The position numbers and the translations under genes are program-made. Positions 1-16,315 of a stretch of DNA of 64,000 bases are shown in pieces. The stretch is from the human T2T-CHM13v2.0 reference genome, Homo sapiens: the NCBI RefSeq assembly GCF_009914755.1, contig NC_060936.1; one strand, written 5' to 3'. A model generated the notes under the pieces. It made no database searches. It was not told the origin of the DNA and was given only the letters and a program-made list of their open reading frames with translations. Position 1 is the first letter of the stretch; each line of letters opens with the position of its first letter.

Positions 1-69
1 AGAAGGGGGTCTCACTTTGTTGCCCATGCTGGTATCAGGCTACTACATTTATCGTGCTTATTAAAGTTG

Positions 70-2230
70 CAGACTTCTTCCAGGAATGGCAGACTGTGTA
101 ATTGGGACCAGCTCTATTGATAAGAACAACTAGAAAAATTGGGTAATTTTTTAAACAAATTTTAATTCACTTTTGAAGTGAATTAATAAAGGCAAAAAAA
201 AACAGTGAAGATTTTAGAGTTTGGGATCTAGGGAAAACTAAGCCCTCAGGCATTTGGACCTGCTTTTTCCCTAGTTGTGGAAAAAGGAGAGGCTGGCTCA
301 GCACATTTGGCAACTTCACAAGGCTGAAGAGATGGGAATTGAGATCAAGTCCTTTCAAGATGCAGTAGCCTTAATGAATCTTCCTCACTTGGAGGTGAGA
401 CTCCTAAGAACTGTACCCTAGAAGAAATAATCCCTGGATGACAGATCTTCCCAGGGATTATCTGGATTGAGGTAATTAAGATCACTGTTTTTCCAGACAT
501 CTGGCCAAAAAAAATAAATGTTCCCTCTAGATGAAGATAATATTCTTCTAGAACTAAAATGACTTCCACTGATGATTTTACAAATGAGATGACTGTCACA
601 CAGTCAAAAATAACAATGTACATGATATAACTTGACAAAAATGAATAATAATTCACCAAAAGACAAATGAAACAGATAAAAGGAATTCCTCATATTCAAG
701 TTAGCAGAAAGACTTAAAATGGCCATGTTTCAACTGTTAAACAAAATTAAAAACAAAACAAATGGAAAAGAATGTTTAAAGATAGTAATCACAACAAAAT
801 ATTAAATATATAGACTCAACAGCAAATTAGAAACAGCAGAGAAAATTAGTGAACTAAAATTTCAGTACAAAAATAAAATTCCAAATGAATCACAGAGCAA
901 TAAGGGGATGGAAAATATAGAAGAAAGAGTAAGAGGAATAGAAAATAAAGTGAGAACTAGCATATAGGAAGTGGCATTCCAAAATGAGGGGGGAAACAGA
1001 ATGTGATGAGGCAGTATTTACTGAACAAAAGTAAATATTTTTCCAAACCAATAAATGGCAGTAAGTCACAATGTTAATCTCTATGGACACTAAGAAGAAA
1101 AAAAGGAAAATAAAAACAAATACGTTTTAAGTACATTATAGTAAAACTTCTTGTAAAGAAAACTCTCTAAAGCAGCCAAAAAGATTAAAAAAAAAAAGGA
1201 CAGTTTACTCTCAAAGAAGAAACAATTAAATTGACACCTGCCTTCTCAACAGCAACAATGAAAGTCAGAATAAAATAATATGTCTTAGTGCCAAGTGAAA
1301 ATAACCACTAACGTAAAATTCTATCTCCAGTAGAAATACCTTTCAGGAATAAAGGTGAAGTAAAGATATTTTCTGAAAAACTTAAACCAGAAAAATTACT
1401 CATCTGCAGACGTACAGTAAAAGAAATATTCAAGTTTATTTTTCAAGTAGAAGAAAAATGATCCCAGATGAAAAGCCAGAAAGAATGAGATCCAGAAAGA
1501 ATAATTGGTAACATAAATGGTATACATGTGAATAAATCTAAAGGAATATTGCCTGATAAAAATATAATAATATATTTCACATCCTACACATGGAAGTATA
1601 AGGCAGGGAAAGTATACATTAACATTACACTTTGCTAAGGATGCACATTGTAATTTGTAGGTTAGCAAAAGAATAGCAAGAGTGTAAAACTTCTAGATAA
1701 CAGAGGAAAAAAATGCAATTCAAATGGTGGCATGAAAGGTTGATTTAAAAAAAAAACACAGGATAGGAAAAATAGAAATCCCTTGGTAAAATAGTAGACT
1801 AAATACAAATATACAAGTATTTACAGTAATTATAAAGATACCAAATAATTTAAAGAGAAAGATTATCAGTCTGCATACAAATAAAATTCAGAAATTGTTT
1901 ATTATTTGTGGGAAACATATATAAGAACACAGACACATTGAAATTAGAAATATAGAAATGGCACACAATGCAAACATTAACAGAAAAGAAATCTGCTCTA
2001 ATACTATTACTACTAGTAATAAAATCAGATTAAATAGAATTCAAGGGAAAATACCAGTCCAGAAATAAATGGGTCACTTCATGATGATAAAAGGCTCAAC
2101 TGGCCACGAAGTTATACATATGATATAGTCAAATAAAACTGATAGCAGCCTCAAAATATATGCTAAAAATAAAAGAATTGCAAGAAGTAGAAACTCTATA
2201 ATTATAGCATGAGACAATAAAACTTGTTAT
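70..2230 (+). mobile_element. Ancient L1 (L1M/L1ME-type) 5' region, ORF1 and ORF2-start remnant
   Basis: A-rich strand bias; ORF1 C-terminal-like sequence (aaaattctatctccagtagaaatacctttcaggaataaaggtgaagtaaagatattttc); endonuclease-like text near 1800-2200. Confidence 0.65.
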
Positions 2231-4594
2231 TATTCTAACACAGAACTTTAGATGTGGAAATGCAAAATGAAGTTACATTTTTAAAAAAACAAATTAAATA
2301 TATTTGACAGTTACTAAAACTTATGATTTCAGAAGTCACATTTTCTATAAAAGGAATACTAGCTGAAGAGATTTTCTAACTCAAGCAACATCAACTGCCA
2401 CAGATTATTTGTCCAGATGGAATATAGTTCATAGTACTGTATTCTGATAGCATGATGGATCAGACAATTGGCTAACATAACTTTTAAATAACCTTTTTAT
2501 AAGCATTTTAAAATAAACTTTTCTATATACAAAATTAACAAAGATAATATAATTTTGATATTTAGAACTGATTTTATCTCCTTTATCTTAGAAATAGATC
2601 ATGAAATAATATTCTTATCAGGGAAAACTTTCAATTCAATTACCAATTTTTTAAAAAAACTTGGTCAATTAATCTATTATCGATCAGCAACATATCAATG
2701 CATCTTATAAACTCTTATAAGAATTAATAAAAAATTTTGAACTATATCACATATCTTAATTGAAGCAGATTACACTAAAAGTGGACATAAAAAGAGAAAA
2801 TCATAGGTAAGAATAATACATGAAAATTAATTTACCGTACATAGAACAAGATAGTGTCAAATTCTAATCACATAAATTCCTAAACAATTTCTTCCAGGTA
2901 ACATCAATATTAACATGGGCTTATAGATTTAAAAAAGAAAAAAACAAAAACAAAAACCTCTTCAAAACAGAAACCTTCTTCTGGCAAATATCTTAGGAAT
3001 AACTATTAGTCTTTGTACTTGCCTGGAAGACAACCTGGGGCTTCTTGACCTAGGAGGGAAAGCAGAGCTGGGAGCCAAGAGCAATGAGATTTCATTTTCT
3101 TCCTGTAGCACCTATTGCAAGTTCCAGGGCCAACAATCTCACTTTTTGAAAAGCAAAAATGATTTAAAATATTCATTTTTGGGGAAATTTGTTCTAATTC
3201 AAGGCCCAAGGAAGAAATTGCCAGTCATTCAGAATCTTACTCAATAAATTTAATCATATTTGAGAGAAAATAGTAGAGCCTTATTATGAGTATTTTTTAA
3301 ATTATCAGTGTCACAAATAAAACTCTGATTGCAATGCAAATTGTAACTTAAAATTCAAGCCCTATGTACGTTTGGCCTATGAATCTTTTCTTAAATAACT
3401 TAATTGTTATGACTCTTAAGTAATCAAACAGCAAGTAGTAAGGGTTTACTAAGAGCCAGGCAGCCTTAGCTAATTCAGAGATACTATTTTGTAAACTGAT
3501 TTAATTGCAGAGATCAATGCAAAGGTGTGTGATCTACTTAGAGTGTGATAGTCATGTTTTAAAAGAAGATGTCCACAACCACAGTTCTAAACTCTCCTTT
3601 TCACAAACTGAGGAATCGTGATGGTTGTTGCTACCTTACCCTCAAGCTGTAAAGCTCTGAAGTGAACTATTCAGGAAAAGTAAATAGTGTGAATTTCAGT
3701 GTTTCTGTTACTGCATATAGAATTTCTCATCAAAGATTCATAAAAATAAATGAATCATAAACATGCTAATATTAAGTACAACAAATTAGACTATAAATTT
3801 TAGCAAAAAATCTCAGGTTAAATAGAAACTCATCTTGATAATACTAATGACTATTTTTCTGTTGGTATCATTCCTTCTGACAGAATAACAATAAGAGCAG
3901 GCCAAAAAAAAATAGAATAATTCAAATATAAACTATTCCAAAGTGAAAAACTAATCAAAATATTCTACTGTTCATTTTGTCCTTCCACAAACTGAAAGTC
4001 GGATATAGATAATAAATAGTGGTAGCAGTATTATAAAGTCATATAAATATTCATACACTTTTTTTGTGTCAAAAGTGGCTTAGTTTAAGAAATAAATTCC
4101 TTAGTGAAAAAACATGAAGAATGTGAAAAAAATGGAATTTCAAATCCACAGAAATTGTGTCAATATCTCTTAAAAATTCCTTCAAAGCAAATCATATACA
4201 TTCTGACCTCAGTGCTATGATTGTAACATATTCAAAATGTCACCACCACCTCTTGATATAAAACCCACTTCATTCTTGAAGGGGATTTGAGGTGCAGCAT
4301 TAATGCTGGTCTCATACATAATGACACTCGTGTTGTAGACACTTGAGCCATAAGGCTCGATGAATTATATTTGTTTTCTTGTTTTCATTAAGATTTTTAA
4401 TATATGATAGTTTTTTTTTTATGATTGCATGATTTGCTAAACAAGCATAGAGTAGATATGGAGAATGTACACAACAAGAAAAAGAATAATCTTTGTTTTC
4501 ATTTATTTAGTATTTTTTTTAAACTCCAGCTAAATGCTAGATATTGGAGACAGAAAATACAGCTATGAACCAAATATAAAAGAATCCCCTGACT

Positions 4595-4821
4595 CAAGCT
4601 TGTCCAACCTGGGGCCCACAGGCCACAAGTGGCTCAGGATGGCTTTGAAGGCAGCCCAACATAAATTCATAAACTTTCTTAAAACATTATGAGATTTTTT
4701 TGGTGATTTTTTTTTTTTTTAGCTCATCAGCTATCATTAGTGTTATTGCATTTTATGTGTGGCCCAAGACAATTTATCCTTCCAATGTGGCCCAGGGAAG
4801 CCAAAAGATTGGACACCCCTG
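4595..4821. mobile_element. MER30-like hAT-Charlie MITE
   Basis: Imperfect terminal inverted repeats CAAGCTTGTCCAA...TTGGACACCCCTG, a MER30-like core, and cctgac-containing flanks on both sides. Confidence 0.85.
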
Positions 4822-6206
4822 CCTGACCTCAGAGAGCATAGAGCCCAATGGAGGAAGAAAGAGAAAAGTAAGATAAAGAAATAAAATATACACTATACTA
4901 GGTGGTTATAAGTGCTTTGGAGGAAAAGTAGAGAAGAGAGGTTGGGTGTATGAGGAAGAGGGATGTAATAATTTCATAAATTTAAGCAGGATGATCAGGC
5001 ATGGCCTTACTAAATAAATATTTGAGTAAAGACCTGAAAAGGTAAAGAAAGCAAGCCATATGGTTATTTAGGGGACAACTTTTCCAAGCCTAGAGAGCAG
5101 CCGCAGCAGTCCCTAAGGCAGTTGAATCCCTGACCCGTTGGACAGCAAGAACACCAGGATGGTGGGATAGAATGAGTGAGCTGGAAAACAGTAAGATATG
5201 TTATCAGATAGGTAAAGGGGAATTGCAAATGTTAACATTGTAGGCCTGGTTAAAGACCTAGGCTTTTCCATTAAGACATTAAGTTATTTCAGAGATTTGA
5301 GCAGATATGAAACAAACTCTGACTTACTTTTTATCCGAATCAGAATCTCTTTTATGGCTCTGAATTATATCGATGAGCTACAAGGACACAAGCAAGGAGA
5401 ACAGTTAGGAAAATTTCATCTGATTCGGGTAAGAGATGGTGACTCTGACTAGGATGGAGTTGCAGAGGTACTTATAGTGGTTCAATTCTGCACATACTTT
5501 GCAGGAAACACTGAGAGACTGCTGCTAGATTGCACAGAGAATATGGAAGAAATAAAACACTGAAGTTTTGGGCCTAAGCCAATGGAAGATTGATGTTGCT
5601 ATTAATTGAGATGTCAAAGACTAAGTGAAGATCATGAACTCAGTTTTGTACACGTTAGACAATAAGTGTCTGAAAGTTGAAAGAATGTCTGGAGAAGAGG
5701 TGAAAATTCTGAAGTCATCAACATTTAGATGATATTTAAAGCCAGCAGATGGATGACATTATCAATAGTGTCAATAGAGATAGAAAAAGACAAGGTTCAG
5801 GATCCTGGCCCTGGAGTAATCAAGCATTAAGATGCCAGGAAGATGGCAAGTGAACGATAATAAAGACTGAAAAGTGGCCAAAAACAAAGGAGGAAAACCA
5901 GGCAAGTGGGCTATCCTAATGCCAAATGAGGTAAGTGTCTCAAGAAAGAAGGGGGATCCACTGTCTAAAGTTGCTGATAAAGTAAGCATGAATAAAGACT
6001 GAGAAGTGACCGTTGCATTTAGCAATGTGGGAGATATTGCTAATCTTCACAGAGCAGTTTAGATGAAGTTGATCTAAATTCATGTTCTCTTAAATCCACT
6101 CCACTCAGGGTGAATTCAGGCTGAATGCCTGAACCCAGGAGTTGATTCAAGAGAAAATTTGGGGAGAAAAATAAGAACAGACGTAGCCAATTAAAAAAAC
6201 AAACAA

Positions 6207-6516
<310 letters not shown>

Positions 6517-7486
6517 TTTGCTGTAAAGGGAAAGATAAATGGTGGGGTGGCATCTTGGTAGAGTGGTGGGGGGGTGTTAATAGCTTTTTTTAAAAAAAAA
6601 AGAGAAATGTAGGTACATATTTTAATGCTTTCAGTTATAATTTATTAGAGATGGACCAATTCATAATGTAGGAAAAATAATGCAAACGTTTTGTCCAGGA
6701 ATAGCAAGGAGGGATGAGATCTAGAACAAAAGGGAAAAAGTTGACCTTTTCTAGGAACATGTACAGTTCATCACAGTAGAGGATAAAAGGCAATAAGATC
6801 ACTAAAAATAACAGCCAGTTTCACTGAATTTACAAATACATGTGACAGCAGAATTTAGGCAGTGCCTTCTTATTTGCCATTATATATTCCTAGAAACCAT
6901 AATTGACAAGATAAAATAAAATATAGATAGCAACTCTATGCCATAAGCATAGAACCTGACACAGAATAGGCCCTAAAGTATTTGTTGAATAAATAGTAAT
7001 TATTTATGAAATGGTTATGATAAAATTAATACATCTAAAATGTTTGCCCTTCATAATCATTTAAAATTAGCAAAATAATACAACAGATTAGAGAGACTAT
7101 AATTCTTTTGTATGTAAGACAATAGAAAATAGTAAATTCTTTTGTATGTATGTAAATAGAAACCTCAGAAGTTCAGTGGTTTTCCAATGTCACAGGTTTT
7201 AGCAAAAGTTGAAGCTGAAATCCAAGTGTTCTACTTTCTAGTTAAATACCCTTTCATGTAACCTACAGTTTCTGGCTGATAAAATGGATCTTATAGTCTA
7301 TAAAATATGCTCAGTGCATAAAAAGGTAAATTTATAGTATCATAAATATTAGACTGGGGATCCTTAAGTAATTAAATTCAGTATAATTATATGAATTCTA
7401 ACAATCATTTCAAATTTCATTAATAATAATTTGTTTGCCTTACTAAAACTTAGAGGTAGTCATGAGAAATATGAGAAATGCTTTCT

Positions 7487-7821
<335 letters not shown>

Positions 7822-7929
7822 TAAACAGGGTTTCCAGAGGACTTTAATACTTCTTTTAATCTAGATGAACATAACAAGATGAAGAAGAGGGCTCAGGGTA
7901 AAAACAAAAGTATGTCATTAATGGGATCC

Positions 7930-8070
7930 TGGTGAATACCACTTACAAATTGTGTGGTGCTGAAGAAGTTACCTAACCTCTCTGTTCCTTAGTTTTATTA
8001 TCTGCAAAATGGGAATAGTAATAACAACAGCCTCATTGGAATGTTCGGAATATTAATTGAGATGATACCT
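7930..8070 (+). mobile_element. MIR fragment
   Basis: Core aagttacctaacctctctgttccttagttttattatctgcaaaatgggaatagtaata. Confidence 0.75.
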
Positions 8071-10639
8071 CTACCCAGTTTAATGAATAAGCTGAATTTA
8101 GTAACCATTTTATCTCCTCTGATTCCCTCAGGTTAAGAAATTAATATGAAACAAAATTTCAGACAGCCGTCCTAGCTTCTCTAGCATGATTAGACAATAA
8201 ATTAATTATCTTTTGTTTTATAATGAAAAAGTCTAGTCTAGACTAATGATTTTATAGTTTTGGTTTGAAATAGGATTATAAAAGAGACACAGCCCTAAGG
8301 TCCCATCTAACCTAAAGTTTCTCCCCTTACACTTGGTTCAGGCTTACTTCAAGCCCTGAAGTCTGCACTGGAGGGTAGGAGTCTGGTGGTCTCTCTTTAT
8401 TCTCACTTCACCCACTCACAGCAACTGTTTCTGACCACTTCAGACTCAGGGCCTGTGAAAAGAAACTTGGAGGGGAAAGACCACAGTGGCATGTGGCTGA
8501 CCCTTGTGTCACCACTGTCTGGGACTTCTGGAATGGCAAATGTGGAAGCAATGACCTTTTTTTTCTTCTTCTTCTGGAGTGCATCTGTGGCATTCTCAAA
8601 GAACCCCTCTGTCTGTTCTCTTCTCTGGAATCAATCCTCCAAATTTGTTGCTCATAATTCACCACCTTGGAACCTGGGCTTCTGCGAGTATACTCACCTA
8701 TGGGCTTAAGATAACCCTAAGCAAGCTCCCCTCATGAGGACCGCAGTTGCTCTTCAAACATTGCCAACCTTTTTCTTGACCTTGGAGAACTATGAGGACT
8801 TGCCTGCCTTGAAACTCCTTCATCTGCTATATGGGCATCCACAGCCACTGTGGCTGCTTTTAGATTTTAGACTCTATATCCTTTACTCTCTAAAGGAAAC
8901 CTGTTAAGCTCTCTGAATGTTTTTCCCGAAGCTCTTCTCACTTGGCTAAGGTGAGCAGGAACTGCTCTCATTTCTCATACATGGAGTGGTAGACTATGTA
9001 CAACAAACAAACAGCTTTCCAAAACAAAAGTATTTCTCTTTTAGCTTTTCCAACTCAATCTTTGTAGAGTCCAAATATGGAGTTTGAGTTAAGACAAAAC
9101 TTACTGGTTGGACTATATCTTAGCATCTCCTGCAAATAAAGTCTTGTGCCTCACTTAATTAGCTTCATCTCCAACAGAGAGAGAGGGAAACACTCCCACT
9201 TTAATATCTGGGTGCTTAAATAAAATACTGAATGGCATAGCGGGAGTGTTCAGAAATGTTAGCTATTACAATTAATCTTATCTTTGTTATTGAACACTTA
9301 AGAAGTAACTACATAAGGAATTGGCCACAAGAAAAAAATTGAGAGGAATAAAACAAAATATTTAAGAACTAAGAGAGTATGGTATCATGAAAGTTAAGGG
9401 GATAAGATTCATTTATCCATTTTTTTTGGAGAAACGCAGTGTCAAATAAAACAAACCTACTACAATTATTAATTGGTTATTGGTGATAGCGAACATTCTG
9501 AACAGGGAGTTAGAGGAAAAATCAGACTGCAGTATAGAAGTCGAAAAAATTGAGACAGTGAGAGCAAGTCTGGAGAATAAACTTGGAGAATAAGTTTATA
9601 GAAAAAGAAAAAATAAGTTGAAAACTAAAGGGAAACACAGAGTCAAGGGACTTTTTTGTTGTTAATTGTACTTGTCATCATTTTAATTTTAAGAAATATA
9701 TTTGAACATCTTGCAAAATAGCCAGCTTAGAGGAAAAGTAATTGAAGACACTAGAGACAGAGGGAAACAATAATCAAAAGAGGAGGTAAAAGGGAGGGTT
9801 CAGGGATTTAGAGATAAATATTCATATACCAGAAGGGCAATGCTTAAGACTGGAGAATGTAAGTAAATGAAGACAAGTATGGGTATGGGTAAGTGTGTGG
9901 GAGGAAAATAATGAGCATTGAAGGACAACATACCTACTAGCCTAGAAAGGGAATGTTTATGGAGAATTAAGAGCATGGGAATTTCAACATGAAATAATTA
10001 ATAGCATTGCTTAACACAAAGAATTCAAGGGACATGGAGAATATGAAAGCATCACTAGATTTGCAAAATATTGGTGACATATATGAGTGTACTTTATTTT
10101 AGGAAAACAATGATGATAGAAGCCTGATTGCAAGGGTTAAAAAAAGAAAAAGAAGCAATGAGCAATACAGAAAGCAAGCAGATATTTTATTTGGCCAAAA
10201 GAAAAAATAACTAGAAGAGAGAAATACACATTAAGAAAATAGGATGGCTATAACAGGAGGTAAAAGATGGAGCATGCTTCTCTTTTACAGGTAAGGGATA
10301 AAACAGTGTGCTGGTATTAGGTTTCACAAAAAACAAAGGAGCTAAATTCAGTTATAATCGCAGCACAATAGGAAGGGATGTTGTTTGATGTAATCAAGGG
10401 ACATGTGTGACTGGCCATGGTGGAAGTGGAAAATTTAGGAAAATTTAGTTAAGAACTTTTTAAAAAGATAAATCAAAATACCTTTAAAATTTGATAAAGA
10501 TTGAAGAGAGTAAGGATTTTTAGTGCTCTCAATTTGTGCTAGTGTTCATTATTACCCAGTAAAATTGTGCAGTTAAGGTTGGCTAAAGATAATGATGACA
10601 ATATCTACAATGATAATATCAGCAACAATAGCTACATTT

Positions 10640-11190
10640 AACATTTATTGAGCATGTACTACCTGTAAGGCATGGAATTATCATTTGACATATTCCAACT
10701 CATTTGTTCCTCATAACGATCTTATGAGGCAGTTTCTATTATTATTTGAAGTAAGCACTTTGACCAAGGTTATTGAGCTAGTAAGTAGCAAGTCCAATTA
10801 TACCTAGGTAGTATGCATTCAGAATAAAAGGGCTGTCAGGGCATAATCTGTTGCTCTCTATAAGATTTACTCAAATAGTTTGAATTTTAGAATGTCAAAA
10901 GATATATATGTCCTCCATAAGTAGCCTCTTTTAATTTCTCATCAAGATGTACACCAGCACATCCCAAATTATACATATAAAAACCTGGTATTTTAAAATG
11001 CTCAGGGTTTCTGAAACACATTCTCATACCTCCTTTCAATCACTCTTAAGGGTAGATATTATTTACTCTTTTCAATTAAGGAAACAGAGTTTGAGAGAAA
11101 TCAAGTGACTTTCCAATGGTCCTCCAGTTAACAAAGGAAGGAGCCCCAATTCAAATTCAGATCTTCTGACTCAAGTCCAAAGCCTTGGCC
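10640..11190 (-). mobile_element. Two MIR fragments (~10640-10820 and ~11040-11190)
   Basis: taacatttattgagcatgtactac... and aaggaaacagagtttgagagaaatcaagtgacttt... are MIR-like phrases. Confidence 0.65.
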
Positions 11191-11368
11191 ATTCAGGACA
11201 TTACCCATCCCTGACCATTCTTTCTCTTCAATAGTCTTTATATTTCAATTATCTTTTCTAGTTTTCTGGTCACATTTCTATTTCAAATCTCCATACTTCA
11301 CCAGAAGGTTATCACAATAAGCTTTCTCTAACATGAAAATGACCAAAATGACTCTTTTAGTAACATTT

Positions 11369-11838
11369 GTGTAGGTCAGTTGCAGTAATAATCCCAGTGT
11401 TTCATTTATCCTGTAGCCATACCCTTTGCCATTTAATTCTGTTCTGCTTTCCACTCTCTCTAGGTTTGGCCAAGGGACATTACCAAAAATGACTTAAGCA
11501 GAAGTTTAAGAAGCATCTGCTTATTCCTATTTGGCTCTTACTCCTCTTCCATGATCATGAGAACCTGCCAGGGCTAGCCCATTACAGGATTAGACACATG
11601 GCATAGAGGTGAATGGCCCCAGTTGGCTCAGCCAAGGCTGTCCTGGATCAGAATCAGACAACAGCCAATTGACATAAAGCTGACACAGCCAACCTTCAGC
11701 TAGCCAGTGACATAAAGTTAGTCCAGCCAAGATCAGCCAATTCAAGATCAGCTAAATCCCACAAACTCATATTTTTGTATGTTATTGAGGTTTTTGTGTT
11801 GTTATATAGCATTATTTAAGCAATGGATAACTGATGAA
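11369..11838 (+). mobile_element. MaLR solo LTR (MLT1-type)
   Basis: MLT1-like body (tttggccaaggg..., ccatgatcatgagaac...gggctagcc) and end (atagcattatttaagcaatggataactgat). Confidence 0.65.
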
Positions 11839-12979
11839 TATTATGTAATCCATCCAAAATCAAGATTGTAGAATAATTTTTCTTCATGATCTCGTCATCA
11901 GTTCACCCCAAATTCTCCAGATTATACCACATAGAAATTCCTGTCTTTATTTTGCACCACACATAATAACAGCCTACGCTTCACAGCCACTATATAGAAC
12001 TTCACTTTCATCCTATAACCTTTCATCAAACAAATCTTTTTTTCATTATTGATTGCTATTTAATCTTTTAAAACTAAACAAACAAGATTCCCCAAAGAGT
12101 CTTCTTTGTACAAAGTAGGGACCCTAAGCCTAGCCTGGGAAGCACAGCATATGCTGAATTTTGGTTTCCCATATGTCCTTCAGCAAAGTTCTATCTGCAC
12201 AACTTTCCTGCCCCACATGGAATATCTCAGAATCTTTACCAATCGTTTCTCAAAAATACCTCTTTAATATCACTTTCCACATGAAACTTTTTGTAGTGAA
12301 TCACATATCAACTTCATAGTTCAAATACTTTCAGTACTTCTATAATCTTCCAGTACTATATTTATTTGGGCCCATTTATGTATTTTTTCCAAGCAACTCT
12401 ATTCCCTAAACTGTCTGAGAGCCAAACTTTTTTCCCCATCCCCTTTACAAACATATGTAGCTATTTAATAATGCACAGTGGACCCTCAGTGTATGCTAAA
12501 AAAGGTGATGAAAACAAATTTTAAACTTCTACATATGACATTTTGCAACAGGAAGCACATTCCCTTTACCTCTTCTCCAAACATTCTTAACAAATATATT
12601 AATAACTGACAATTATTCCCCCATTCTCAAAAATGTGTAGGATTATTTTGTCAATATTCCTAGTAAATTACTCTAATTATCCTAATGATTATTCACATAT
12701 ATGTATAGAAATGATCATCTTTTAGCATTCTGGATAAAACAAATGCAAGTAATTCCATATTTAATTTTTTATACATTAATTAGTTTTTATTTGCCTCATA
12801 TTCTTTAATCATCACAAGTTACCCTATGAGGTGTTAGTATTAAACACTTTTTGTAGCATGGAAATCTGAAGTTCTGACTCAAACTGGTGATGTGTAGTTG
12901 GGTCACAGTACAAATCTGATCTTCCTATTTCAAGTTTATTGTTCTTTCTACATCAAAATGCACATATATTTACTTCTCC

Positions 12980-13720
12980 ATTTACTTTAAAAGCCTTTTT
13001 TATGGGCCTAGTACTTTGGCAGTTCAGAGGGTTTTGCATTATTGAGATCTGCTCCTTTTCTCAAGGAGCTTATAGATTAGGTTGGGGAACAGGCACATAA
13101 ACAGACAATTTAATTACAATATGATAAATGATAAGAGTAAGGCACACAGAACAAATGTACTTAGGGTTCAGAAAAGAGTTCCTGAAAGAGATAAACTTTT
13201 GGCTGGGATGGGAAATTAACCAGACAAAGACATTGAGGAAAAACATTATAGGTAGAGAGATGAACATTAATGAAGGAAAAAGAATGGAGTTTGCTGGGAC
13301 ACACCAAACAGTGTCGTATTATTCAAGCATATAATGTGACATATTTACAACACCAGAAATGTTAGGAGATGCAGCAAAGAATTTCAGGGTCAGGTGCCAA
13401 GAAAAACAGAAGAGTAGAGAGATTTGAGAATTATTTAAGAGGTACAAAAAGTGTGGCCCACTGAGGACTGAATTTAGAGAAGGAAGAAAGCACCAACTAT
13501 AAGGACCCTTAAGGTGCCTAAGTAAGGAGTTAGAGCACACTTAGGTTGTGAATTGGAGGTAGATGATGACTGGGTTTGGAGCATGTTGAATCTGAGGTTC
13601 TGTGGAACATAAAAATGGATCTGTGCATTAATAAGTTAGATAATTGAGGGCATAGCTTAGAAACGTCAGGCCTGGAGGTGTGGAATGATGTGAAATTATC
13701 AGCACTTTTTAAACGCAGAT
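12980..13720 (-). mobile_element. L2 fragment
   Basis: tctcaaggagcttatagattag..., tttggagcatgttgaatctgagg and similar L2-antisense phrases. Confidence 0.65.
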
Positions 13721-14346
13721 ATACCCAAAGACATAATGAAAAACTAAACAATACAGCTATAAAATAATTTACATGGTTAAAATTGTTAAAAATTATTGTT
13801 GCATTCTTTTATAAAGAAATAATAGGAGAGAAAGTGACTAAAGTAAAGCTCCAATCACCAAGACCTAATAGCACTGAATAGGCAATTTAAGACATCTATG
13901 TCATAAAGTTTATCTCTGCTTTCAATTCTACCCTGTGTTTGCTGAAATAATTTTCATTTTTCTGTTACCCTAGTGGTTTTCAATTTTACATGCTTTATTT
14001 CTGCCCCAAAAGTCACATTTATGGTAGTTATTTTCACCTTCCAGCTAAATGTCAAGTGCAATGCCACCAAACAGTGGCACATTATTTACAAAATATTCAT
14101 AAAGTTTCAACAATAGCAATTGATGAAGAATATTCCTCTATTACTTATAGAAAACTTATAGCCCTAAAGATACAGAGTAGGTTATTAAACACTTTCTTTA
14201 AAAAAAAAAGATGATTATCACTGTCTAAGGACCTGTGGATTTCTAGGGGTACTCAGATATTTATAATAGCAACATACAAATTGATATTGAAAAAGATATC
14301 CTCAAAGTATTTTTAATTTAGAATGGAACTATAGCCATCTAAATGT

Positions 14347-14596
14347 ATAGGCTCATAATCCCTAATCTACAATTCCAAAATCCATACACTCTGAAATTGA
14401 TATTTGATTTGTGAATATGTAATGAATTTGACGGGTGGGAAAATCAGACCTATACTTATCATGAGACTATTTACAGTCTTTTTTTTTTTTACCATGCAGT
14501 AGGAATATTCATAGAATTATCTTCAGAAAAATTTCAGAAATATTCAGAAATATGGGTGCTGCCCATAGTCCTTCAGGAGGATTGTTCTATAATATG

Positions 14597-14633
<37 letters not shown>

Positions 14634-14752
14634 GAGAGAGAGAGAGAGACAAGAAACAGAGAGTAAGAGAGAAAGAGAGAGAGAGAGAACCAGAAAACTT
14701 CTGAGCTCCAAAACATAACTGGTCCCAAGGGATTTAGATAAAAGGCTGGGCA
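14347..14752. mobile_element. TcMar-Tigger-type DNA transposon derivative
   Basis: Degenerate inverted termini (ataatccctaatcta... / ...ggtcccaagggatttagataaaagg); subfamily uncertain. Confidence 0.5.
14599..14688. repeat. (CA)n-(GA)n compound microsatellite
   Basis: Directly visible. Confidence 0.95.
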
Positions 14753-15089
14753 GTATATTTAAAAATTAAAACTTAACATTTTAAAGGCAATCATAATTTA
14801 GATACTCCATACAATTGAATAGCTAGAAATAAAACATTTTCATTCTTGTACCTTTACAAAGAGATTTACCTCCACAATCAGTTACGTATAAAAATATTTT
14901 TCAGTTTTCTCCTTTTTTTCCTGAAGTATCTTGTTCTAGTGCTTTATTTTTACAACATTTTTAAGTAAAATAGTCACCTTTTTTTTACAGAAGAGGAAAC
15001 ATTTAAAAATCCAAATTACTTTCAGATGTATTTTGGTAAGATTGGGATTTAAACTGAAAACTTCAAGCTTGAATAAAATCTAGAAAGAC

Positions 15090-15700
15090 AAATGTAAGAG
15101 GGATTCATGCAGTCTTACATGTAGGATCAGAATCAACTTCCAAGAAGAGTGGAAGGGAAATGGGAACACACTGCAGCATCTATGCAAGTCAATTAGAAAC
15201 TTCAGTTGACTGCTGTCCCAGTACACATTGAAGGTATGTTGAACTTGTCTCCAAATATAATAAAATCCTAGTGTAAACTAATGAAACACTGTATCCAGAA
15301 GAAGAAATGATTGCCCCATTTTCCACTTGTTACAGTAGATAAGGAAGAGTGTGACTGGTTCTGGGACCACTTTAACAAGAGAATTAACTAACTCAAATAA
15401 TCCTCCAAGAGAGTAAGCAGGATGGTGATAGTTCTAGAAATCACCTTATGAAGAGCAATTGCAAAGACTAAAATATTTTCCTTAAAAAATATAATATTTG
15501 GTGTAGCTATCTAGCTGCCTTTTGAAATGAGTCAAAACATTTTGTGTGATGACACAAACCAGGGTACCAAGAAGTGAGAGTTATTAAAAACATTATTTCA
15601 TCTCAATACAAGATAAACTGCCTGAAAACGAAAAGGACTAGAATGGCAGTTATTCACACAGGGTTATGGGTTTACCTATCAGGATGTGACAGGGGATTCT
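15090..15700 (+). mobile_element. CR1/L3 LINE fragment
   Basis: ttctgggaccactttaacaagaga...ccaagagagtaagcaggatggtgatagttctagaaatc resembles the L3 3' RT region. Confidence 0.6.
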
Positions 15701-15934
15701 TAGTGATCCTTTCCATTTTGAGAGTCATAAATATCTCTATGAGTTAATAGTACAGATAGCTTTAGAATTTTATCAACTTTGAATATATAGTTTTCAATAT
15801 TTATAAAGATATCTTTGCTACAAGCCATAACTTTGTGGAGAGAATTCAACTCTTTAACATTTAGTATACTGTCTTTTAAGGAGCGGGCCAATCAACCTTG
15901 TATTTAAAAGAAAGTTTTAGTTTAATGGGGGTGA

Positions 15935-16315
<381 letters not shown>

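Noticed and set aside
8300-8960. GC-elevated intronic stretch with 107-aa and 85-aa ORFs
   Set aside because: No liprin or other recognisable homology. It may be an old LTR that I cannot identify.
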